Notes under the pieces: model-generated
What the model was told of the DNA's origin: nothing
What the model saw: the letters and a program-made list of their open reading frames with translations, nothing else
Database searches by the model: none
Made by a program: the position numbers and the translations under genes
Source: a bacterium
GTDB lineage: Bacteria > Hydrothermota > 32-111
Direction of reading: 5' to 3'
DNA length: 44,911 nucleotides
Assembly (NCBI GenBank): GCA_046484245.1
Contig: JAWOBN010000036.1
Location: 1-44,911 of the forward strand
Shown here: piece after piece, positions 18,570-26,852 of the stretch
How positions within the stretch are numbered: the stretch's first letter is position 1
Layout: every line of letters begins with the position of its first letter

Positions 18570-21145
18570 TGGAATCCGTAAAAATAAGAGAAGCATTCAT
18601 AAGATATTTTGAAGAAAAAGAACACAAGTATTTTGAATCATCGTCACTAATACCGGAAAATGACCCTACCCTGCTTTTTACTGTTGCCGGGATGGTGCAG
18701 TTCAAACCCATGTTCGCGGGACTTGTCTCATTTGATTTCAGTTCTGCTGTATCCATTCAGAAATGCCTCAGGGTAGTGGACCTTGAAGAAGTGGGTGCAT
18801 CCCCCTTTCATGACACATTCTTTGAAATGCTCGGCAATTTCTCATTCAATGATTATTTCCAGGAAAGAGCAATAGAGTATGCATGGGAATTCCTCACTGA
18901 TATACTTAAAATAGAAAAAAGCAGACTCTACGCTACTGTGCATGAGAATGATACTGATGCATACAGTATTTGGAAGGACAAGATAGGCCTTGACAGCAGC
19001 AGAATAATCAAGATGGGCGACAAGACGAATTTCTGGGGACCTGCAGGCAGCACGGGGGCATGCGGGCCTTCCAGTGAGATATTCTATGATTTCGGACCCG
19101 GACTTGAGGACAGGGATGACTGTTCCATTGAGAATGAGTGCAGGAGATATGTGGAAGTATGGAATCTTGTATTTCCGGCTTTCAATCAGGATTCCCGGGG
19201 CAAAAGGCATCCTTTGAAGAATAAGGGCGTGGATACAGGAATGGGTCTGGAACGCCTTGCAGCTGTTATGCAGAATAAGAAGAGCATATATGATACGGAT
19301 CTCTTTATGCCTATTATCAGGGAATTCAGCGAGATTACGGGTATTGATTATAATAGCAACAGAACTGCTGTCAATTCCATTGCAGACCATATCAGGGCAC
19401 TGACATTTGCAATTGCCGATTCAATAATCCCCTCCAATGAAGGCAGGGGATATGTCATAAGAAGAATACTGAGACGCGCTGTGCGTCTTGCATATATAAT
19501 GGATTACAAAGAGCCGTATCTATACAGGCTTTCATCAAAGGTCATTGACATCATGGCTCAGCAGTATCCTGATCTCAGTGAGAATTCCATGAAGATATCA
19601 AGGATACTCAAATCCGAAGAGGAGAGATTCCTCTCAACAATAGGACAGGGCATAGGGCTCTATGAGGAATTCAAAGAGAAGGACAGCAGCGGGCTTATGG
19701 ATGGAGAGACAATGTTCAAGCTGTATGACACATTCGGATTCCCTGTTGATCTCCTTGAGCAGATGGCAGTGGAGGATGGTCTCAGCATTGACAGAAAAGG
19801 TTTTGAGAGCCGTCTGGAAGAAGCCAGAGAGAGGTCAAGGGCTGACAGTAAATTCAATGCGCACGAAGGAAGCGACTGGATAATATTTGACGAGGATGTT
19901 TCATCATTCACAGGATACAGCAGTATAAGAGAGCAGTCCGATATTCTGATGTACAGATATATCGGTGATAAGTGTGAGGTTGTTTTCAGAAGAACCCCGT
20001 TCTATGCGCGTTCAGGCGGTCAGGTGGGAGATACGGGAAGAATTTACGGACCTTCATTTGAAATGAGTGTTGAGGAGACATATCCTTCAGAACTGGGCAA
20101 TGTGATGAAAGGTGCAGTGCATGAGGGAGAGCCTACAGGCAATACACTCTATAATATTGAGGTGGACAGCAGAAGAAGGCAGTTCATTGAAAGAAATCAC
20201 ACAGCCACGCATCTTCTTCATGCAGCATTGAAGGATGTGCTGGGCAGTCATGTCAAACAGGAAGGGTCCTATGTCGGCCCCGGTAAACTGCGGTTTGACT
20301 TCACGCATTTCAATAATGTGAAAGAGTCTGAGATTGAGAGGGTGGAGAGAATAGTCAATGACAAGATATTCGCCTCTATTCCCCTAAATATTGAAGAAAT
20401 GGAATATGAGGAGGCGATTGAATCGGGTGCAACAGCAATATTCACTGAAAAGTATGACAGTACTGTAAGGGTGGTTTCCATAGAGGAGTTTTCCAGAGAA
20501 TTGTGCGGAGGCACCCATGTCTCCAATACAGGCATGCTCGGCATGTTCAAAATAATAAGCGAGTCATCGGTAGCAGCCGGTATAAGGCGCATAGAAGCTT
20601 TGACTTCCCGGGGATTCTATGAATTTGCAGTAAAGAATATGAATGTTAATTCACAGATAATGGATATGCTGGATGTCAATAATGCAGAGCAGATCCCGTC
20701 TGCATTGAGAAAAATTGAAAAACAAAAAAATGAGCTTGAAGATGAGATTGCAAAGCTGAGAGACACGCAGACAGACAGTATAGAAAGCAGTATAATGGAT
20801 AAGATAATAATTGAAAATTCAACTGCTGTCATATCAAAGACATTTGACAATGACTCCCTCACAATGGATCAGCTGAGGGATATTATGGACAAGATCAAAT
20901 CAGAGAATGAGAAAGCAGCAGGATATCTCGGTATTATAAAGAATGATAAACTGCTTGCACTGTGTTTTTCCCAGCATACGGATGTCAATGCCTCCCTGAC
21001 AATAAGGGAGATACTGACACCTGTAAAGGGAAGCGGGGGAGGAAGAGAACAGATGGCTCAGGGAAGCGGTAATGTGCCGGATAATCCGGATGATTTTGAC
21101 TCAAGGGCTGAGGATATCATCAGGAGAGTGCTGACAGATGATTAA
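18569..21145 (+). CDS. alaS: Alanine--tRNA ligase
   Basis: DPTLLFTVAGMVQFK, TFFEMLGNFSF, DTGMGLERL, GRGYVIRRILRR, NHTATHLLH, ELCGGTH, GSGGGRE.MAQG. Confidence 0.98.
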   Translation: MESVKIREAFIRYFEEKEHKYFESSSLIPENDPTLLFTVAGMVQFKPMFAGLVSFDFSSAVSIQKCLRVVDLEEVGASPFHDTFFEMLGNFSFNDYFQERAIEYAWEFLTDILKIEKSRLYATVHENDTDAYSIWKDKIGLDSSRIIKMGDKTNFWGPAGSTGACGPSSEIFYDFGPGLEDRDDCSIENECRRYVEVWNLVFPAFNQDSRGKRHPLKNKGVDTGMGLERLAAVMQNKKSIYDTDLFMPIIREFSEITGIDYNSNRTAVNSIADHIRALTFAIADSIIPSNEGRGYVIRRILRRAVRLAYIMDYKEPYLYRLSSKVIDIMAQQYPDLSENSMKISRILKSEEERFLSTIGQGIGLYEEFKEKDSSGLMDGETMFKLYDTFGFPVDLLEQMAVEDGLSIDRKGFESRLEEARERSRADSKFNAHEGSDWIIFDEDVSSFTGYSSIREQSDILMYRYIGDKCEVVFRRTPFYARSGGQVGDTGRIYGPSFEMSVEETYPSELGNVMKGAVHEGEPTGNTLYNIEVDSRRRQFIERNHTATHLLHAALKDVLGSHVKQEGSYVGPGKLRFDFTHFNNVKESEIERVERIVNDKIFASIPLNIEEMEYEEAIESGATAIFTEKYDSTVRVVSIEEFSRELCGGTHVSNTGMLGMFKIISESSVAAGIRRIEALTSRGFYEFAVKNMNVNSQIMDMLDVNNAEQIPSALRKIEKQKNELEDEIAKLRDTQTDSIESSIMDKIIIENSTAVISKTFDNDSLTMDQLRDIMDKIKSENEKAAGYLGIIKNDKLLALCFSQHTDVNASLTIREILTPVKGSGGGREQMAQGSGNVPDNPDDFDSRAEDIIRRVLTDD

Positions 21146-21308
21146 AGCAGATCCCATTGAATGCAGATTATGCGGCGGATGTTCTGCAGTATGCCCCGTG
21201 AAGGCAATAGTGATAAAAGAAGATTCTATTGAAATCCTTCCGGTATGCATAAACTGCATGCAGTGTATAGAATTCTGCCCGTCAGGAGCCCTCAGTGAAA
21301 ACAATTAA
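21138..21308 (+). CDS. 2x[4Fe-4S] ferredoxin (56 aa, not in ORF track)
   Basis: Hand translation MIKADPIECRLCGGCSAVCPVKAIVIKEDSIEILPVCINCMQCIEFCPSGALSENN*; two CxxCxxCxxxCP motifs; overlaps the alaS stop and the next start. Confidence 0.92.
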   Translation: MIKADPIECRLCGGCSAVCPVKAIVIKEDSIEILPVCINCMQCIEFCPSGALSENN

Positions 21309-22506
21309 ATCTGATGTCATTATAGCAGGAGGCGGACCTGCAGGACTGTACAGTGCATACTGTCTTGCCCGGAGGGGACTGGATGTAACTGTTATTGAGA
21401 GGGACAGCCGCATAGGTTATCCCATTATATGTGCTGAGGGGGTCTCCCGCAGAACACTGGATAATTATCTCCCCGGTTTTGACACAGGTGCTGTGAGGAA
21501 TCATTTCTCCCGTCTCATTGTAAGATATTCGGCAATGTCATCCTCATCAGAGATACCGGATATGGGGGTAATACTCAACAGGGCGCATTTTGACAGATAT
21601 ATTGCCGATATTGCAGAAGATGCCGGTGCGGAGATTGTCCTTTCAGAGAATATCACCGGGGGGCAGTATTCGCCGGATGGTATTATTGTGGAAACCGATA
21701 AGAAGAGATATGAAGCCCGCGGTCTGATTGCTGCTGACGGAGTGGAATCAAGGGTTGCATCATTCTTCAATATCAATACAGCAGCACATCTCGGGGATGT
21801 TTATTCATGCTATCAGTATACACTGAGGGACAGCAGTATAAATGATGAAGATATTATTTTTGATTTTACTCCCCGTTTTGTACGGTCCGGTTATCTGTGG
21901 GTATTCCCCAGGGGTGATAATACTGCCAATTTCGGGCTCGGAATATTGAGAAACATCAATAAGAACAAACCGGGTGATTTGCTGGAAGAGTACAGAAGGG
22001 AATATTATCCCCATTCGGAGATACTTGAAGAGAAGACAGGCGCTGTGCCTGTGCGGCCCCTTGCAAAACCGTATGGTGAAAGGATTCTCGTATGCGGAGA
22101 TGCAATGCGCTATGCTGACCCCATTACAGGAGGGGGCATTGACAATGCACTGAGGAGCGCTTATTTTGCATCACAGACAATGCACAGAGCAATTACCGGT
22201 AATGATATGTCCGAGAAAACAATGAGACAGTATAAAATGCAGCTGGAAAGGGACAATGGATATTCAATCAATATGCAGCTTAAATTGAGAAAGCTTATGA
22301 ATGAGATGGATGAGAGTGAGCTGGACAGGCTGTTTGAGGGTGTGATAGAGATACTGGACAAGAGATGTATCAGAGCAGATGCGTTTTACAGTGAGATACT
22401 CTCACTTGGCAGTATCAGCGGTAAACTGCGTTCTGCATTGAAGATACTGTCAGTAATGGCGGGAAACAGGATTATCTGTAAAGCAGCAATAAGGATTCTT
22501 TTATGA
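21295..22506 (+). CDS. Geranylgeranyl reductase family flavoprotein (digeranylgeranylglycerophospholipid reductase-like)
   Basis: IAGGGPAG FAD motif, CAEGVS, R..FD, AADG, GYLWVFP (YxWxFP), GDA...DPITGGGI. Confidence 0.85.
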   Translation: MKTIKSDVIIAGGGPAGLYSAYCLARRGLDVTVIERDSRIGYPIICAEGVSRRTLDNYLPGFDTGAVRNHFSRLIVRYSAMSSSSEIPDMGVILNRAHFDRYIADIAEDAGAEIVLSENITGGQYSPDGIIVETDKKRYEARGLIAADGVESRVASFFNINTAAHLGDVYSCYQYTLRDSSINDEDIIFDFTPRFVRSGYLWVFPRGDNTANFGLGILRNINKNKPGDLLEEYRREYYPHSEILEEKTGAVPVRPLAKPYGERILVCGDAMRYADPITGGGIDNALRSAYFASQTMHRAITGNDMSEKTMRQYKMQLERDNGYSINMQLKLRKLMNEMDESELDRLFEGVIEILDKRCIRADAFYSEILSLGSISGKLRSALKILSVMAGNRIICKAAIRILL

Positions 22507-23255
22507 CAGTTATAGAAAACCTGCTGCACAGTATAAGGACTGCAGGCAGAAAGGCATATTTTGTCCTCCTTGACCCTGAGAAGGATAATATTGACTATCA
22601 GTCCATACTGAGGCATGCTGAGGCAAGCGATATTGACGGCATCATGCTTGGAGGAAGCAGCAGAAAGATAGAACTGTTCAGTGAATTTGCCCGGAAGATC
22701 AGGGAGAGCACCGGTATTCCCGTGATACTCTTTCCCGGTTCAATATTCCAGATAGCGGATGCTGACGCAATGCTGCTCCTCACATTCCTCAACAGCAGGG
22801 ATTCCCGCTATCTCATTAAGGAGCATCTTGAAGCTGCCCGTGATATATATTACTCTGATTTGCATATTATCTCAACTGCATATATACTGATATCCGCGTC
22901 CAAAAACCTCAGTATTGTCAGGGAGACAGGTGTCAGTCCCATTGACCCGTCAGATCTCAGTGAGATAAGGAAATATCTCTATGCATCATCAATACTTCAC
23001 TATGATGCAGTGTATCTGGAGGGCGGGAGCGGGACTGAGCTGCCCATAGACACCTCTGTAATTGAAGAGGCAAGGGAATTGATCAGGCAGATATTAATTG
23101 TAGGAGGCGGGATAAGGGACGCCTCCACAGCTGAGTCAATATACAGGGCAGGGGCTGATATAATTGTCACAGGCAATGCTGTTGAGAAGAAACCGCAGTT
23201 GATAGACAGTATATCAGAGGCAAGAAACAGGATCAATAATGAAATACAGAATTAA
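22503..23255 (+). CDS. Geranylgeranylglyceryl-phosphate (GGGP) synthase, PcrB family
   Basis: VLLDPEK, IMLGGS, PVILFPG, STAYILI, YLEGGSG, IVGGGIRD, GADIIVTGN. Confidence 0.9.
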   Translation: MTVIENLLHSIRTAGRKAYFVLLDPEKDNIDYQSILRHAEASDIDGIMLGGSSRKIELFSEFARKIRESTGIPVILFPGSIFQIADADAMLLLTFLNSRDSRYLIKEHLEAARDIYYSDLHIISTAYILISASKNLSIVRETGVSPIDPSDLSEIRKYLYASSILHYDAVYLEGGSGTELPIDTSVIEEARELIRQILIVGGGIRDASTAESIYRAGADIIVTGNAVEKKPQLIDSISEARNRINNEIQN

Positions 23256-24126
23256 TGCATATTCAAAGATCAACCTTCATCTTGATGTACTGGGGAAAAG
23301 GGATGACGGTTATCATAATATTGAAACAGTTTTCCAGTCAATAGCATTGAAGGATGTGATTACACTGGAGGAATCGGATCAGTTTGCCATATCTGTCTCA
23401 GACAGCAATATACCCCTCAATGAGAGCAATACAGTGACAAAGGCATATTCACTGTTCAGGGAGCATTTCAGCGGAAAGTGGCAGGAATTCAGCATTGATG
23501 TGCAGAAGACAATACCGTCAGGTTCCGGAATGGGCGGAGGCAGTGCGGACGGGGCTTGCCTGCTCAGATTCCTCAATTCCTATTATGATTATCCCTTTAA
23601 TGACACCCGGCTTATGTCCATAGCTGAGGCAGTCGGCATGGATGTTGTTTTTCTCATGTTCGGCGGTACTGCAATAGGCGAGGAACTCGGGCAAAAACTG
23701 ACATTTGCGGATAATAAGCTACCCCCTGATCTGACTGTTATCATTGTATTTCCCAATATACATGTTTCCACTGACTGGGCATATTCCAATATTAAAAAGT
23801 ACTTGACAAATAAATCAAATTCATTTAATATAAAAAACTCAATAGAAAATAAGGGGATTTCTATGCGTTCTTTGAAAGGATTCCGCAATATATTTGAGCC
23901 CCTTGTTTTTGAATATTATCCCCGCATAGGCCGGATAAAAGATAAAATGGCGGAATTTAGCCCGGTAAAAACAATGATGACCGGAACAGGTTCAGCTGTA
24001 TTCGGCATATTTGCGGATAAACCGGATATCAATGCACTCAAAAGGCATTTCAGTGGCAATGTCATATTTGAAACAGAGCTGCTGACAGATGAACAAATAA
24101 AACAAACATTTCTAACCACAATGTAG
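23239..24126 (+). CDS. ispE: 4-diphosphocytidyl-2-C-methyl-D-erythritol kinase
   Basis: SKINLHLDVLGKRDDGYH, KTIPSGSGMGGGSADG, VSTDWAY, MMTGTGSAVFG. Confidence 0.93.
   Translation: MKYRINAYSKINLHLDVLGKRDDGYHNIETVFQSIALKDVITLEESDQFAISVSDSNIPLNESNTVTKAYSLFREHFSGKWQEFSIDVQKTIPSGSGMGGGSADGACLLRFLNSYYDYPFNDTRLMSIAEAVGMDVVFLMFGGTAIGEELGQKLTFADNKLPPDLTVIIVFPNIHVSTDWAYSNIKKYLTNKSNSFNIKNSIENKGISMRSLKGFRNIFEPLVFEYYPRIGRIKDKMAEFSPVKTMMTGTGSAVFGIFADKPDINALKRHFSGNVIFETELLTDEQIKQTFLTTM
23803..23831 (+). promoter_or_regulatory. Putative internal promoter within ispE (TTGACA-17bp-TAATAT)
   Basis: TTGACA 23803-23808 and TAATAT 23826-23831 in a locally very AT-rich stretch of ispE. Confidence 0.5.
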
Positions 24127-24134
24127 GAGGAACG

Positions 24135-24563
24135 ATGGAGATTACTGAAGTAAGGATTACACTGAGAGATGAGCCGAAACTCAAGGCATTTGCCAACATA
24201 ACTTTTGATGATGACTTTGTAGTCAGGGGATTAAAGGTCATTGAAGGCCGTAAAGGTCTGTTTATTTCAATGCCTTCAAGAAGAGCCAAGGACGGGAGTT
24301 ACAGAGATATTGCCCATCCGATAAATAATGAAATGAGGCAGAGACTGGAAAAGATCATCCTTGAAAGATATGAAGAAGAACTTGAAAATTCCCACGGTGA
24401 ATTCTCTGTAAGCAGCAATGATTCTGATGATGAATTCGGCGGTGAATCCGATTACGACACGGAATCCGACTATGACACAGAAACAGACTTTGATACAGAA
24501 GATGAAACAGAAGATGAAACAGAAGAGGAAACAGAAGAGACTTCTGAAGAAGATATTGAATAA
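24135..24563 (+). CDS. spoVG: SpoVG family nucleic-acid-binding protein with acidic repetitive tail
   Basis: MEITEVRI, LKAFANITFDDDFVVRGLKVIEG..GLFISMPSR, YRDIAHPIN; AGGAGG RBS. Confidence 0.95.
   Translation: MEITEVRITLRDEPKLKAFANITFDDDFVVRGLKVIEGRKGLFISMPSRRAKDGSYRDIAHPINNEMRQRLEKIILERYEEELENSHGEFSVSSNDSDDEFGGESDYDTESDYDTETDFDTEDETEDETEEETEETSEEDIE
24444..24545 (+). repeat. In-frame degenerate tandem repeats (3x18 bp then 4x12 bp) in the spoVG tail
   Basis: gaatccgattacgacacg / gaatccgactatgacaca / gaaacagactttgataca then gaagatgaaaca x2 / gaagaggaaaca / gaagagacttct. Confidence 0.85.
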
Positions 24564-24576
24564 CAGATAAATCTTC

Positions 24577-24648
24577 TGGGGTGTAGGCAAGTGGCAAGCC
24601 ACGGGGTTTTGGTCTCCGCATTCGTAGGTTCGAATCCTACCGCCCCAG
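24577..24648 (+). tRNA. tRNA-Gln (TTG), CCA not encoded
   Basis: Acceptor stem TGGGGTG/CGCCCCA, anticodon arm CGGGG-TTTTGGT-CTCCG, T-arm GTAGG-TTCGAAT-CCTAC; usual position between ispE and prs. Confidence 0.95.
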
Positions 24649-24662
24649 TATGAAGAGAGGAA

Positions 24663-25607
24663 ATGATGCCTGTGAAAATGAAGCTAGTGTCAGGTAATTC
24701 AAATATTATATTGGCAAAGGAAATATCACAGAAACTGGGTATACCGCTGCTTGATTCCATTGTATCCAAATTCTCCGATGGTGAGATTCGGATTCAGATC
24801 AATGAATCAGTAAGGGGGGACCATGTTTTTGTCATACAGTCAACTAATCCTCCTGCAGATAATCTGATGGAGCTGCTTCTTATCATAGATGCCCTGAAAC
24901 GCGCGTCTGCAGGCAAGATAACAGCAGTAATACCCTATTACGGATATGCCAGGCAGGATAAGAAGGACAATCCCAGGGTGCCGATATCAGGTAAACTTGT
25001 AGCTGATCTCCTCATGGCAGCAGGAACAACACGGTTGATGACACTGGAACTGCATGCCGAACAGATACAGGGCTTTTTTAATTATCCTGTAGATCATTTA
25101 TACTCAGCCCCCATATTCATTGATTATATTAAAAAACACTTTGATATAGCCAATTCCGTAATTGTTTCACCTGATGCAGGGCGAGTCAATAAAGCGAGGA
25201 GTTTTGCCAATAAGCTGGGCGGATTGCCTATTGCTATAATTGACAAAAGGCGCTCAAAACCCAATGAGGCCAGTATAATGAATGTTGTCGGAAATGTGAA
25301 AGGCAAGAATGTCCTTATGGTTGATGATATTATTGATACTGCCGGAACAATTACAAAAGCATCATATGCATTGAAAGAGAGTGGTGCAGAGGAGATAAGC
25401 GCCATTATAACCCATTCAATACTTTCGGGTAATGCAGTAGAAAAGATGAAAAAATCGTCAATAGACAGATTAATAACGACAAATAGCGTCAATATTGCAG
25501 ATGAGAAGAAAATTGAGAAAATAGAATTTCTCTCTTGTGCCCAGTTGTTTGCTAATGTCATTGAAAGAGTTCACTCAAAAAAATCCATCAGTGTATTATT
25601 TGATTAG
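24663..25607 (+). CDS. prs: Ribose-phosphate pyrophosphokinase
   Basis: FSDGE, NLMELL, PYYGYARQD, LHAEQIQGFF, VSPDAG, VDDIIDTAGT. Confidence 0.97.
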   Translation: MMPVKMKLVSGNSNIILAKEISQKLGIPLLDSIVSKFSDGEIRIQINESVRGDHVFVIQSTNPPADNLMELLLIIDALKRASAGKITAVIPYYGYARQDKKDNPRVPISGKLVADLLMAAGTTRLMTLELHAEQIQGFFNYPVDHLYSAPIFIDYIKKHFDIANSVIVSPDAGRVNKARSFANKLGGLPIAIIDKRRSKPNEASIMNVVGNVKGKNVLMVDDIIDTAGTITKASYALKESGAEEISAIITHSILSGNAVEKMKKSSIDRLITTNSVNIADEKKIEKIEFLSCAQLFANVIERVHSKKSISVLFD

Positions 25608-25615
25608 GAGGATTT

Positions 25616-26290
25616 ATGCTTCAATTTGATTTACAAGTTGACCGGAGAGAAAAAGGAACAAGGCATGATTTGAATGTACTGAGGAATAAACAGTTTATTC
25701 CCTGTGTTGCATACGGATATCATGAGGAATCTGTTTCACTTGCAGTGAAGGAGACAGACCTTATTCATCTGTTTCATCAGATGGGCAAGGAGAATGCAAT
25801 AATCAATCTTGTTATTAATGATGAGAAGAAGATGACTATCATCAAGGATCTTCAGAGGAATCCCAGAACATACAAGATATCGCATATAGATTTTCAGATA
25901 CTTCATGAAGGTGAGGAGATAAAGGTTGATGTGCCCATAAGGCTTATCGGAGCACCTGCAGGTGTGAAGGAAGGCGGTGTGCTTGAACAGATGATAAGGG
26001 AAGTGCCTATCAAGTGTCTCCCTGTCAATATACCGCAGCATCTTGAGGTTGATGTAACTGACCTTGAACTGGGTGAATCAATTCATATCTCTGACCTTGA
26101 GTTTACTGAGGGGGAAATACTGGAGGATGACAGCATGTCAATTGCAACCATTACAGCTCCGAAATTTGAATTCCCCGAGGAAACAGAGGAAGAAGAGGAA
26201 CTTGCAGAACCGGCACTCATTGGTGAAGAGGAAGAAGAAGGTGAAGAGGGTGCTGAACAGGCTGAGGATAAGGAAGAAGCAGAGGAATGA
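25616..26290 (+). CDS. rplY: 50S ribosomal protein L25 / CTC
   Basis: [52 protein letters not shown], acidic tail. Confidence 0.95.
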   Translation: MLQFDLQVDRREKGTRHDLNVLRNKQFIPCVAYGYHEESVSLAVKETDLIHLFHQMGKENAIINLVINDEKKMTIIKDLQRNPRTYKISHIDFQILHEGEEIKVDVPIRLIGAPAGVKEGGVLEQMIREVPIKCLPVNIPQHLEVDVTDLELGESIHISDLEFTEGEILEDDSMSIATITAPKFEFPEETEEEEELAEPALIGEEEEEGEEGAEQAEDKEEAEE

Positions 26291-26852
26291 TCAGTATTAT
26301 CGGTCTGGGGAACCCCGGTTCCCGCTACCGGATGACCCGTCACAATGCAGGATTCATGGTGTTGGACCGGTATGCGCATGAAAACGGGCTGTCATTCAAG
26401 CCCGGCAGAGGCAAGTTTTTTTTTGTTCTTTTGAAAAATATTCACAGCAAGTGCTGCTTGTAAAACCGACAACATATATGAACAGAAGCGGTTTTGCGGC
26501 AGTGCAGATAGAAGATCTTTATGATTTGAGACCCGAGGATATGCTTATTGTAATGGATGATTATCATATAAAACTCGGGGAAATGCGGCTCAGGAAAAAA
26601 GGGTCATCAGGCGGACACAATGGTCTGAGGTCAATTATTGATATGACCGGTACAGATGAGATACCGCGCCTTAGAATCGGTATCGGCCCGCCGGATATGA
26701 ATAATACAGTTGATTTTGTATTGAGTGAATTTGACAATACGGATGGATTGAAGCATATAGTAGAAGATGCTTCAGATGCATTGGATACGATAATTAAGCA
26801 TGATATGGATTATGCAATGAATATGATCAATCAAAGGAGAATTGATGAATGA
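26287..26852 (+). CDS. pth: Peptidyl-tRNA hydrolase, split by a frameshift at the T9 run 26416-26424
   Basis: Frame from ATG 26287 gives [16 protein letters not shown] and stops at 26461-26463; the -1 frame carries [30 protein letters not shown]; one extra T in the run joins them. Confidence 0.9.

Noticed and set aside
26174..26290. GAA/GAG-rich repeat-like tract at the end of rplY
   Set aside because: Ordinary acidic tail of CTC-type L25 proteins
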